This document shows, piece after piece, positions 1-8,088 of a DNA stretch of 48,841 nt; position 1 is the stretch's first letter; every line of letters starts with the position of its first letter. The notes under the pieces are model-generated. The model made no database searches. It was not told the origin of the DNA and saw only the letters and a list, made by a program, of their open reading frames with translations. The stretch is taken from assembly GCA_945865395.1 (NCBI GenBank), contig CAMBDT010000001.1, positions 1-48,841 on the forward strand, in the 5' to 3' direction. This DNA is from Acidimicrobium ferrooxidans DSM 10331. GTDB taxonomy: Bacteria; Actinomycetota; Acidimicrobiia; Acidimicrobiales; Ilumatobacteraceae. Position numbers and translations under genes: made by a program.

Positions 1-134
1 GACACATTGTCAGAGCCTTCACCCCAGACGAATGCCTTCTTCGACTCGCGCGGTTCGGCGTTGGCCGCCAAAAACTTGTGGGCTTCAGCCGTGAATTGTT
101 CAATGGTTATATTTGTGCTTGTTTCGCTGGCCAT
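1..134 (-). CDS. acyl-CoA dehydrogenase-like protein, N-terminal fragment (continues beyond window start)
   Basis: Reverse-strand ATG at 132-134. My translation, MASETSTNITIEQFTAEAHKFLAANAEPRESKKAFVWGEGSDNV, stays open to position 1. It resembles the N-termini of actinobacterial FadE-type enzymes from memory, but only 44 aa are visible. Confidence 0.35.
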   Translation of the reverse strand, partial: MASETSTNITIEQFTAEAHKFLAANAEPRESKKAFVWGEGSDNV

Positions 135-155
135 GACAAATAACCGTACCCGTCA

Positions 156-659
156 ATGAGGTGTTTGGTGAAAGCGAAAGTTTTGACTAGCCTGCCTCGG
201 GTGGGTCAGCCCGTAGATGTCAAGCAAACAACCGCTGGGGTTGCTGGTCGCATTCGTTTTGAATTGAATCGCACGCTGACCGGTCAGGGTCACGAAAAGT
301 TCACCAGCGCCAGCCAGGCAATTGGCCCGCGCCCAGCAGCCGAGTTGGCCCGACGACTATTTAATAGTGGAGCAGTTCTTGGCGTGCATGTTTTCGCCAA
401 CATCGTGACTATCGATCTTGTGCCTGGCTCGCGCGACAGTGATTTGGCTCAAATCGTGACTGACCTGCATCAATATTGGAAGCCGGGCATGAAGCCGCCA
501 AGTGTCGAAGAATTAATGGCTCAAGTTGCCGCCCCGGCTGCGACAACCGCGCCAAGCGCCGATGGTTCAGCGCCAGAATTAAGCGCCGCCGAAAAACTCG
601 TCCCAGCCCATTTGTTAGAGCGCAGCAGAGCCGCGCGAAGCAAGGCTCAAAAGTCATAG
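156..659 (+). CDS. Nfu/NifU N-terminal-domain-like protein with Ala/Pro-rich tail
   Basis: 167-aa track ORF. The core PAAELARRLFNSGAVLGVHVFANIVTIDL resembles the Nfu_N scaffold domain (weak, recalled pattern). The start is uncertain because it lies only 21 nt from the divergent ACAD start. Confidence 0.4.
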   Translation: MRCLVKAKVLTSLPRVGQPVDVKQTTAGVAGRIRFELNRTLTGQGHEKFTSASQAIGPRPAAELARRLFNSGAVLGVHVFANIVTIDLVPGSRDSDLAQIVTDLHQYWKPGMKPPSVEELMAQVAAPAATTAPSADGSAPELSAAEKLVPAHLLERSRAARSKAQKS

Positions 660-686
660 CCGCGCGAAGCAAGGCTCAAGCTAAAT
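629..686 (+). repeat. 29-bp tandem duplication at the 3' end of the Nfu-like gene (22 bp perfect: AGCCGCGCGAAGCAAGGCTCAA at 629-650 and 658-679)
   Basis: Read directly from the sequence. Copy 1 encodes the C-terminus (..AARSKAQKS, stop TAG 657-659). Copy 2 is out of frame and is followed by TAA at 684-686. Confidence 0.9.
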
Positions 687-691
687 AACTT

Positions 692-722
692 TTGACTACT
701 GCGAACATATGTTCGCTACAGT
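692..722 (+). promoter_or_regulatory. putative SOS promoter with LexA operator (CGAACATATGTTCG, 702-715) upstream of imuA'
   Basis: Perfect palindrome matching the Gram-positive/actinobacterial SOS box CGAAC-N4-GTTCG. It is flanked by the -35-like TTGACT (692-697) and the TANNNT hexamer TACAGT (717-722). The ATG at 729 lies 6 nt after the -10. Confidence 0.7.
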
Positions 723-728
723 GCAGGC

Positions 729-1376
729 ATGAAGTTATTGGTGCCAAAAACCCTCGTTGCTAAACATTCATTTTTTGAAAAACAAGTTCTCGAAAACTTC
801 GCCGTCTCTGATCAAGTTCGCCAGTTGTTGCCCGACGCAGGTTTGGTTCGTGGACGCATCGTGCGTTGCTGCGGTGACGCCGCCGCATCGCTAGCGCTTT
901 CACTTTGCGCCCGTGCATCACAGCAAGGTTCATGGTTGGGCGTTGTTGGCGTCAGTCATCTCGGCATTTCTTGCGCCGTCGAACACGGCGTGGCACTTGA
1001 GCGCATGGTTTTTGTGCATCCACCAGAGTCGTCTCGCGATTGGTCGACAACCGTGGCCGCCGTAATCGACGGCTTCGATTTGTTGATAGTTGCAGTGCCA
1101 GAAGCGCTCTCGGTTTCTGATGCGAGGCGAGTGCAGGCGCGGTTGCAGTCACGGCGTTCGGTGATGATCATCGTCGATACTGCGACGCTTTCTCAGCCAA
1201 ATTTTTCAAACAATGCGCACCCATTTCATGCTGATGTTGTTTTAGACACCGCAACAAAAAGTTGGAGTGGCATCAACAACGGCGCCGGCTACTTGCAGCA
1301 ACGCCAAGTCGCGATCAAAGTCAGCGGTCGTCGAGTTGCGCGCGCACAAGAACATTTAGTCACCTGCAACTACTAA
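729..1376 (+). CDS. imuA': ImuA'-like SOS mutagenesis cassette protein (RecA-fold accessory)
   Basis: 215 aa, directly preceding imuB. GRIVRCCGDAAASLALSLCARASQQGSWLGVVGVSHLGISCAVEHGVALERMVFV matches the recalled ImuA' pattern (G.W.AVVG...LG..AA...GV.LERL..V). A LexA box lies upstream. Confidence 0.7.
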   Translation: MKLLVPKTLVAKHSFFEKQVLENFAVSDQVRQLLPDAGLVRGRIVRCCGDAAASLALSLCARASQQGSWLGVVGVSHLGISCAVEHGVALERMVFVHPPESSRDWSTTVAAVIDGFDLLIVAVPEALSVSDARRVQARLQSRRSVMIIVDTATLSQPNFSNNAHPFHADVVLDTATKSWSGINNGAGYLQQRQVAIKVSGRRVARAQEHLVTCNY

Positions 1377-1377
1377 A

Positions 1378-2991
1378 TTGCTTGCATCAAAACGCTTAGC
1401 GGTGTTGCGTTGCCTCGACTGGTCGGCAGTTGTGGCGGCGAAAACTTCGAACAGCCCGTGTGTCGTCGTGCACGGGCAACGAGTTATCTCGCGATCAGTG
1501 GCGGCGATGCATTATGGCGTTCAAGTCGGCATGCGTCGTCGTCATGCTCAAGGACTTTGTCCAGATCTTGAGATTGCTACTTATCAACCAGATCGTGATC
1601 GTCGAGCGTTCAATACGGTCGTGAGAACTATTAATGAGATAGTTCCGTTAATTGAAGTCAGCGAACCAGGTGTGATCGTGTTCGCTACTCGCGGCCCGTC
1701 TCGTTATTTTGGCGGCGACGAACCGATGGCGAGCAAGATCGTTCAGGTTTTGCGTAGTTCAATAGTCGCTGATTCGCAATTTGGCGTCGGCATCGCCGAC
1801 AGTCGTCTGGCGGCCCACATTGCTGCGCACATTTCGGCGCAAAACACAGCTAAAAACACAGCTAAAAACACAGCCAAAACGCCGTTCATTGTCGAGCCAG
1901 ATCAAACAAAAGTGTGGCTTGCAAAACAATCTGTCAGGGTTTTGAGCGAGTTCGCCAACATCAGTGGCGAAACAGTCTCATTGCTCGAGCGACTTGGGTT
2001 AAACACCCTGCAAGATGTCTGCAAACTTGGTGAGTCGGTGTTAGCCGGACGATTCGGCGAACTGGGCGTCGAGTTGCATCGGCTTGCTCGTGGCGACGAA
2101 CAACACCCGTTGGCGGCAGTTGCGCCACCCCCAGAGCACCTGTGTTCGCGGGCATTCGAAGAGCCAATCACAGATCAACAAACACTGCTCAACAATGTGC
2201 AGATAATGGCCGAAGAGTTCAGCGATTATTTCGTCAAACACGGCGCGATTTGTGTTCGCTTGATTCTTAAATTCGAATCAGAAACAGGCGCACATTCAGA
2301 ACGCTTGTGGTATCGACCTCAAGGTTTAACCGCTAGAGCGATAATCGAGAGCGCCAAGTGGCAAATCGAAAGTTGGTCGCACAACAGCGCGCTGGTTCGC
2401 GTGCAGTTGATTGCCGACGAAGTGCGCACAGACACAGCGCGCCAACTCAAATTGTGGGGTGGCGTCACTCAAGTCGATGAGACAGCTACTAGAGCTATTG
2501 GTCGGCTGACCGAGTTGTTGGGCTCAACTGCGGTTCATCTTGTCAAATGGCAGGGCGGTCGAGATCTGCAAGACAATTTTCAACTTGTTTCTGCTTCGCA
2601 TTTTCAAACTAGACAAAGCGAGTTAAATGCTTCAACCGAAAAGCCAAAGTGGCGAGGTTCGTTGCCGACGCCGTCACCGAGTGTTGTCTATTCTGAGCCT
2701 CAGTTAGTGCAAGTCGTTGATAAAGATAAAAACCTGCTGCGTGTTAGCGCGCGTCATGAGTTAAGCGCCGAGCCAGTGCAACTAATAATCAGCAAACAAA
2801 GCTACAAAGTTATTTCTTGGGCTGGCCCCTGGCCGATAGAAGAAAAATGGTGGGACACCGCTCGCAGTCGACGCCTGGTTCGATTGCAAGTCGTAATCGA
2901 AAAACTTCTACCAGACGGTTCGCAACAAGTGCAAGCATTATTGGTTGCACTTGAGCACGGCGAATGGAGCATCGTCGCAATCTACGGCTAG
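1378..2991 (+). CDS. imuB: ImuB, Y-family-polymerase-like mutasome adaptor
   Basis: 537 aa. TTG start 1 nt after the imuA' stop. The N-terminus RLAVLRCLDWSAVVA and its position between imuA' and dnaE2 fit the ImuB family. Confidence 0.8.
   Translation: MLASKRLAVLRCLDWSAVVAAKTSNSPCVVVHGQRVISRSVAAMHYGVQVGMRRRHAQGLCPDLEIATYQPDRDRRAFNTVVRTINEIVPLIEVSEPGVIVFATRGPSRYFGGDEPMASKIVQVLRSSIVADSQFGVGIADSRLAAHIAAHISAQNTAKNTAKNTAKTPFIVEPDQTKVWLAKQSVRVLSEFANISGETVSLLERLGLNTLQDVCKLGESVLAGRFGELGVELHRLARGDEQHPLAAVAPPPEHLCSRAFEEPITDQQTLLNNVQIMAEEFSDYFVKHGAICVRLILKFESETGAHSERLWYRPQGLTARAIIESAKWQIESWSHNSALVRVQLIADEVRTDTARQLKLWGGVTQVDETATRAIGRLTELLGSTAVHLVKWQGGRDLQDNFQLVSASHFQTRQSELNASTEKPKWRGSLPTPSPSVVYSEPQLVQVVDKDKNLLRVSARHELSAEPVQLIISKQSYKVISWAGPWPIEEKWWDTARSRRLVRLQVVIEKLLPDGSQQVQALLVALEHGEWSIVAIYG
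1840..1875 (+). repeat. in-frame 12-bp tandem repeat x3 (AAAAACACAGCT) inside imuB, encoding (Q/K)NTA x3
   Basis: Read directly: CAAAACACAGCT / AAAAACACAGCT / AAAAACACAGCC. The protein reads AQNTAKNTAKNTAKT. Confidence 0.9.
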
Positions 2992-3629
2992 TTCGCAATC
3001 TCGATAATTCATCAGTCAGGCGAGCGAGTATTGTTCAGCTAGTGATTTTTGATTCTGGTCTCGAATTTGTCAAGACTTTTTGTCTGCAACTAGCGAGCCA
3101 CGAACCGATTGATGATCGCGAACGCGAGTCAATAAAAACTTTTTGCGAACTCGCACCAAGTCTTCGAGCCCCATTCGACGAACACAGCGACCCGACTCAT
3201 GTCACCGCTTCGGCGATAGTCGTTGGCAAGCCCGGTGTTGTCTTGCATCTGCACAAACGACTAAATATGTGGCTGCAACCTGGCGGGCATATCGACTCTG
3301 GCGAGTCGATTCACGATGCTGCATTGCGCGAGGCACGAGAAGAAACTGGTTTAGATCTGCAACATTTTGGCGCAGACAAAACAAACGCAAGATTTATTCA
3401 TCTCGATGTTCACCCCGGTCCACGCGGTCACACACATCTTGATGTGCGGTTTTTGTTGTGGGCAACGAACGAAATTTTCGCCCCAGCAGCAGGCGAGAGC
3501 CAGCAAGTGAAGTGGTTTAGTTATGCCGATGCATTGCGGGTTTCAGAAGATGGGGCTCGTGGTGCGATTCGCGTCGCAGAGCGAATCGTCGGCGAAGCTT
3601 TGCAGGGCAAGACGCAGAACGAGACGTGA
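2964..3629 (+). CDS. Nudix hydrolase
   Basis: Canonical Nudix box GGHIDSGESIHDAALREAREETGL (GX5EX7REUXEEXGU). The start is ambiguous: ATG 2964 overlaps the imuB end by 28 nt, and an alternative in-frame GTG lies at 3042. Confidence 0.8.
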   Translation: MEHRRNLRLVRNLDNSSVRRASIVQLVIFDSGLEFVKTFCLQLASHEPIDDRERESIKTFCELAPSLRAPFDEHSDPTHVTASAIVVGKPGVVLHLHKRLNMWLQPGGHIDSGESIHDAALREAREETGLDLQHFGADKTNARFIHLDVHPGPRGHTHLDVRFLLWATNEIFAPAAGESQQVKWFSYADALRVSEDGARGAIRVAERIVGEALQGKTQNET

Positions 3630-3663
3630 ATAATAAGACGTAAATATAGAGCGCAAAAACATC

Positions 3664-3694
3664 ATGACTAGGGCGAACATATGTTCGCTACGCT
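3664..3694 (+). promoter_or_regulatory. putative SOS promoter with LexA operator (CGAACATATGTTCG, 3674-3687) upstream of dnaE2
   Basis: The same 19-mer GCGAACATATGTTCGCTAC as at 701-719. ATGACT at 3664-3669, TACGCT at 3689-3694, and the ATG at 3702 lies 7 nt after the -10. Confidence 0.7.
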
Positions 3695-3701
3695 TAGCCA
3701 A

Positions 3702-6700
3702 ATGGGTGATTATGCAGAGTTGCATTGTCGATCGAATTTTTCGTTTTTATACGGGGCCTCACATCCCGAGCAACTTGTCGAAGCCGCGGTGCACAATCAA
3801 CTGGCGGCGCTCGCTCTAACAGATCGCAACGGCCTTTATGGCGTGGTCAAGTTTGCCCAAGCGGCACGAACATTTGGTTTGCCAACTTTGTTTGGCGCCG
3901 AGCTCACATGTTCGAGTCACGACAGTCGTGATGGCGATGCACAAATCGTTTTGATTGCCGATGGACCATCTGGTTATTCGCGACTTTCTCACGCGATAAC
4001 GCTCGGCCAATTGGCGGGTTCAAAGTCTGCGCCAGTTTTTGACACGGCCAAGATTGCCGAAGATCTGGCCGATAGTTGCTGGGTGCTCACTGGTGCGAGC
4101 ACTGGCATTGTCAATCAAGCACTCGAGCGACACGGCCCGCAAGTTGCATCGCGTCAATTGCAAAAACTGGTTAGCGAATTCGGTCGCGATCGAGTTTTGG
4201 TTGAACTGTGCGACCATGGCGACCCACTCGACTCGACTCGCAACGATGCTCTCGTGCAATTGGCAATGCGCCACGACTTGCAGTGCATTGCAACCAACGA
4301 TGTGAGTTATGCATCTTTGCGCGAACACCGTCTGGCCGTTGCGCTTGCCGCTGTCAGACAACGATCAAGTCTCGACGAGATTGATGCGCTCTTGCCACCG
4401 GCGCCGAGTGCCTATATTCGCAACGGCAAAGAACAACTTCGCCGATTTGGTCGTTACCCAGGTGTTGTCGAACTGACAACGCAAATCGCCGAGTCTTCGG
4501 CGTTCGACTTGTCGTTGGTTGCGCCAAGGCTGCCGCCGTTTGTTTGCCCAGACGGTCTTGACGAAATTTCATATTTGCGTCGCTTGGCAGAACAAGGCGC
4601 AACTCGCAGATATGGTGCTCGACCTGCAAACAGTCTCGAAGATCTTTCGCTGCGCGCTCGAGCCTGGAAGACGATCGATCACGAACTTAAAATCATCGAG
4701 CAACTTGGCTTTGCCGGTTATTTCTTGGTCGTTTTCGACATCGTGCAGTTTTGTCAGCGCTCAAACATTTATTGTCAAGGTCGGGGCAGCGCGGCCAATA
4801 GTGCGGTTTGCTTTGCGTTAGACATCACCAAGGCTGATGCTGTTTCTTTGGGGTTGTTGTTCGAGCGCTTCTTGTCGACAGAACGCGACGGGCCACCAGA
4901 CATTGATATCGACATCGAAAGTGGTCGTCGCGAAGAAGTGATTCAATATGTTTTCAATCGCTACGACCGTCATCATGCGGCACAAGTCGCCAATGTAATT
5001 ACATATCGTTCGCGTTCGGCTGTTCGCGATATGGCTCGAGCATTGGGTTTTGCCCCAGGTCAGCAAGACGCCTGGAGCAAGCAAGTTGGCATGCACGGCT
5101 CGTTGTCGAACCCTGACAGCACACAACACGAAATACCCGCTCAAGTTTTAGATCTTGCACGCCAAGTTTTAGACGCTCCGCGACATTTGGGCATTCACTC
5201 TGGTGGCATGGTGATTTGTGATCGACCAGTCAGTGAAGTCTGCCCAGTCGAGTGGGGTCGCATGAAAGATCGCAGTGTCTTGCAATGGGACAAAGACGAT
5301 TGCGCCGCAATCGGTCTCGTCAAGTTCGATCTTTTGGGTTTGGGCATGCTTTCGGCCCTGCACAACTCGGTCGATCTAATCGCCGAGTTTCGCGACAAAC
5401 AAATTGATCTGGCGATGATTCCGCAAGAAGACGAGGTTTATGCAATGTTGTGTCGCGCCGACACGGTGGGCGTTTTTCAAATTGAGTCACGCGCTCAAAT
5501 GGCCACACTGCCACGACTCAAACCGCGAAGGTTCTATGACTTGGTTGTCGAAGTCGCTTTGATTCGCCCCGGCCCAATTCAGGGTGGTTCGGTTCATCCA
5601 TATATTCGTCGGCGCAACGGTGAAGAACCTGTCACGTATCTGCATCCGCTTTTAGAAAACAGTTTGGGCAAAACATTGGGCGTGCCGTTGTTTCAAGAGC
5701 AGTTAATGCAAATGGCGATCGATATCGCCGGCTTCACACCCAATCAAGCCGATGAGTTGCGCCAAGCCATGGGTTCAAAACGCTCGCATGCGCGCATGCA
5801 ACGACTTCGTCAGCGACTTTATGACGGCATGGCGCAAAATAAAATCGTTGGCGCAGTCGCCGACGAAATTTTTGAAAAGATGCAGGCGTTCGCTAGTTAT
5901 GGGTTTCCAGAGAGTCACTCGGTTTCGTTTGCTTATCTCGTCTATGCGTCTTCGTATATTAAGTTTCACGAGCCGACGGCGTTTTATGCCGCGTTGTTGA
6001 ACGCCCAGCCGATGGGTTTCTGGTCGCCGCATTCGCTGGTGCAAGATGCACAACGACACGGTGTGGTCGTGTTGGGCCCAGATTTAAACGCATCAAAAGC
6101 CACGGCGACTTTAGAGCCGTGCGACAACTCAGCCGGGGGCTTCGCGTTGCGCCTCGGCATTTCTAGTGTGCGCGGTATCGGCGACGAACTCGCAAAAACA
6201 ATCGAAGCCGCGCGACCGTTTGTGACCATGGAAGACCTCGTTCGTCGTGTGCCTCAACTCAGTTTGTCGCAAATTGAAACATTGGCAACAGCCGGTGCCT
6301 ATTCGCAATGCTTTGAAATATCGCGCAGAGATGCACTCTGGTCGGCAGGTGCTGTCATTCAAAGTCGACCCGAGCGCTTGGCTGGCGTGACAACCGGCAG
6401 TGATTCGCCACAATTGCCGGGCATGCAACCGATCGAAAAATCAATCTGCGATCTTTGGTCGACCGGCATTTCTATTGACGGTCATCCCACTCAATTTGTG
6501 CGCAGTCAGTTGAGCCAACTCGGTGTCGTCACTGCAAACGATCTGGCAAAAGTTGAGAACGGCTCAAAAATATTCGTCGGCGGGGTGATCACGCATCGCC
6601 AACGCCCGTCTACTTCGCGGGGCGTCACATTTTTTAGCCTTGAAGACGAAACCGGTTTGATCAACGTCATAGTTTCACAAGGCTGTTTTAAAAGATTTCG

Positions 6701-6839
6701 CCATGAGGCGATCAATGCTTCAGCGCTGCTTGTGCGCGGCAGAATCGAATCTTCGCAAGGGGTGGTCAACATCATCGCCGAGCATCTGAGCGAACTAAAA
6801 ATTGCGACGCGCGGTGTTAGTTCAAGAGATTTTTGCTGA
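3702..6839 (+). CDS. dnaE2: error-prone DNA polymerase III alpha subunit DnaE2
   Basis: About 1045 aa. PHP N-terminus YAELHCRSNFSFLYGASHPEQLV, C-family polymerase core, LexA box and imuA'B context. The track ORF starts at 3681, but that ATG sits in the operator centre, so I prefer ATG 3702. Confidence 0.9.
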   Translation: MGDYAELHCRSNFSFLYGASHPEQLVEAAVHNQLAALALTDRNGLYGVVKFAQAARTFGLPTLFGAELTCSSHDSRDGDAQIVLIADGPSGYSRLSHAITLGQLAGSKSAPVFDTAKIAEDLADSCWVLTGASTGIVNQALERHGPQVASRQLQKLVSEFGRDRVLVELCDHGDPLDSTRNDALVQLAMRHDLQCIATNDVSYASLREHRLAVALAAVRQRSSLDEIDALLPPAPSAYIRNGKEQLRRFGRYPGVVELTTQIAESSAFDLSLVAPRLPPFVCPDGLDEISYLRRLAEQGATRRYGARPANSLEDLSLRARAWKTIDHELKIIEQLGFAGYFLVVFDIVQFCQRSNIYCQGRGSAANSAVCFALDITKADAVSLGLLFERFLSTERDGPPDIDIDIESGRREEVIQYVFNRYDRHHAAQVANVITYRSRSAVRDMARALGFAPGQQDAWSKQVGMHGSLSNPDSTQHEIPAQVLDLARQVLDAPRHLGIHSGGMVICDRPVSEVCPVEWGRMKDRSVLQWDKDDCAAIGLVKFDLLGLGMLSALHNSVDLIAEFRDKQIDLAMIPQEDEVYAMLCRADTVGVFQIESRAQMATLPRLKPRRFYDLVVEVALIRPGPIQGGSVHPYIRRRNGEEPVTYLHPLLENSLGKTLGVPLFQEQLMQMAIDIAGFTPNQADELRQAMGSKRSHARMQRLRQRLYDGMAQNKIVGAVADEIFEKMQAFASYGFPESHSVSFAYLVYASSYIKFHEPTAFYAALLNAQPMGFWSPHSLVQDAQRHGVVVLGPDLNASKATATLEPCDNSAGGFALRLGISSVRGIGDELAKTIEAARPFVTMEDLVRRVPQLSLSQIETLATAGAYSQCFEISRRDALWSAGAVIQSRPERLAGVTTGSDSPQLPGMQPIEKSICDLWSTGISIDGHPTQFVRSQLSQLGVVTANDLAKVENGSKIFVGGVITHRQRPSTSRGVTFFSLEDETGLINVIVSQGCFKRFRHEAINASALLVRGRIESSQGVVNIIAEHLSELKIATRGVSSRDFC

Positions 6840-7448
6840 CCCAGCCACGATGCCGAGCAACACGAATACGACGCCGGCTACATATCGCTGAATAAATGGC
6901 AAAGCCTTGCCTTTGACCAAAGTTTCACGCAATGAACTGGCGGTCAGCGCGTAAATGCCGTCTGTAATAAAACCACACGCCACGAATACGGCGCCAAGCA
7001 TCAAAGACTGCAGAGCATTCGAAGATTTATCTGGGTCAATGAACTGCGGCAGAAACGAAAGAAAGAACAACGCAACTTTCGGGTTGAGAGTGTTGATAAT
7101 GAAACCTTGCCGAAATGCCTGCATTTTTGTCATCGAATCTGCCGATGCGCTCATTGCCTGGGGTTGACGCGAAATCGTGCGCAAGCCAACGAGCACTAGA
7201 TACGAAGCACCAAGATATTTGACAATGTTGAATGCATTTTCTGATGTCGCCAAAATTGCCGAGAGGCCGACGGTCGCCGCCAAGACATGCATAAAGGTGC
7301 CGAGTTCAAGACCAAGCACAGAGGCAAGACCAATTGATCGACCGTTGGCCACGCTGCGATTGACGATGTAGATGACGGCTGGCCCCGGTATCACCAGCAA
7401 CGCGACCGATGCGATCGCGAACGAAAATAACGAGTTGAAGTCGGGCAT
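6822..7448 (-). CDS. LysE/RhtB family amino-acid exporter
   Basis: 208 aa with about 6 hydrophobic helices. The N-terminus FAIASVALLVIPGPAVIYIV is typical of LysE. Its 3' end overlaps the dnaE2 3' end by 18 nt (convergent). Confidence 0.8.
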   Translation of the reverse strand: MPDFNSLFSFAIASVALLVIPGPAVIYIVNRSVANGRSIGLASVLGLELGTFMHVLAATVGLSAILATSENAFNIVKYLGASYLVLVGLRTISRQPQAMSASADSMTKMQAFRQGFIINTLNPKVALFFLSFLPQFIDPDKSSNALQSLMLGAVFVACGFITDGIYALTASSLRETLVKGKALPFIQRYVAGVVFVLLGIVAGSAKIS

Positions 7449-7458
7449 TTTCTGTGTG

Positions 7459-7779
7459 CTATTCGGCTGGCTGTTCGTTTAGTTCGTCGTTGAAGCCGCG
7501 ATACATCTCGTAGATTTCTTTGCATGCTTGACACATCGGCAGCTGTTTCGGGTCGCGCGATGGCACCCAAACATGACCACACAATGCTTCTAATGGTGTG
7601 CCGTTGATGCGTGCTTCGAGCACTTTGGCGGCCGCTGATTCGTCTTTCTCGGTTTTGACGATGTGGGCGACGAGTGGCTTGCCGGTCTGCAAAACATGTT
7701 CTGTTTGTTGTTCGACAATTGTGCCGGGCGCGGTCTGAGTCGTCGACGATTGCGCTGAGAACACACTTAATTTAATCAT
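7459..7779 (-). CDS. DUF3039-like small actinobacterial protein
   Basis: 106 aa. AHIVK...LEALCGHVWVPSRDPKQLPMCQACKEIY matches the recalled DUF3039 motif (ALCG..W.P.RDP...P.C..CK.IY). Confidence 0.55.
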   Translation of the reverse strand: MIKLSVFSAQSSTTQTAPGTIVEQQTEHVLQTGKPLVAHIVKTEKDESAAAKVLEARINGTPLEALCGHVWVPSRDPKQLPMCQACKEIYEMYRGFNDELNEQPAE

Positions 7780-7838
7780 TAATTGAACAGATTCATCGCC
7801 CTAGCGCTGGTCGGATAGCAACATCTAGACTGCAAACT

Positions 7839-8066
7839 ATGCCGATGTATGAGTTTCGTTGTCGCACATGCGACGAAGTGTTTGAAGAACGACGCGCGAT
7901 GTCGGCCGCTAACGAGCCTGCCAAGTGCTCACAGGGTCACGAAAACGCAGTGCGACTGCTTTCTGTTTTCGCCTCGGTTGGTGGTGGCAGCAATGCCTCG
8001 GCAGCGCCAGCAATGCCCGCACCAAAAATGGGCGGGTGCGGCTCTGGCTGCGGTTGCCACAGTTAA
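7839..8066 (+). CDS. FmdB-family putative regulatory zinc-ribbon protein
   Basis: 75 aa. MPMYEFRCRTCDEVFE...AKCSQGH, with a Gly/Cys-rich tail GGCGSGCGCHS. Confidence 0.8.
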   Translation: MPMYEFRCRTCDEVFEERRAMSAANEPAKCSQGHENAVRLLSVFASVGGGSNASAAPAMPAPKMGGCGSGCGCHS

Positions 8067-8088
8067 CTGCGACTACGCGCTAGATGCG

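Noticed and set aside
3681-3701. ATG 3681 as the dnaE2 start (track ORF start)
   Set aside because: This ATG is the central ATATGT of the LexA palindrome. The parallel imuA' module and the typical DnaE2 N-terminus (YAELH..SNFSFL) favour ATG 3702.
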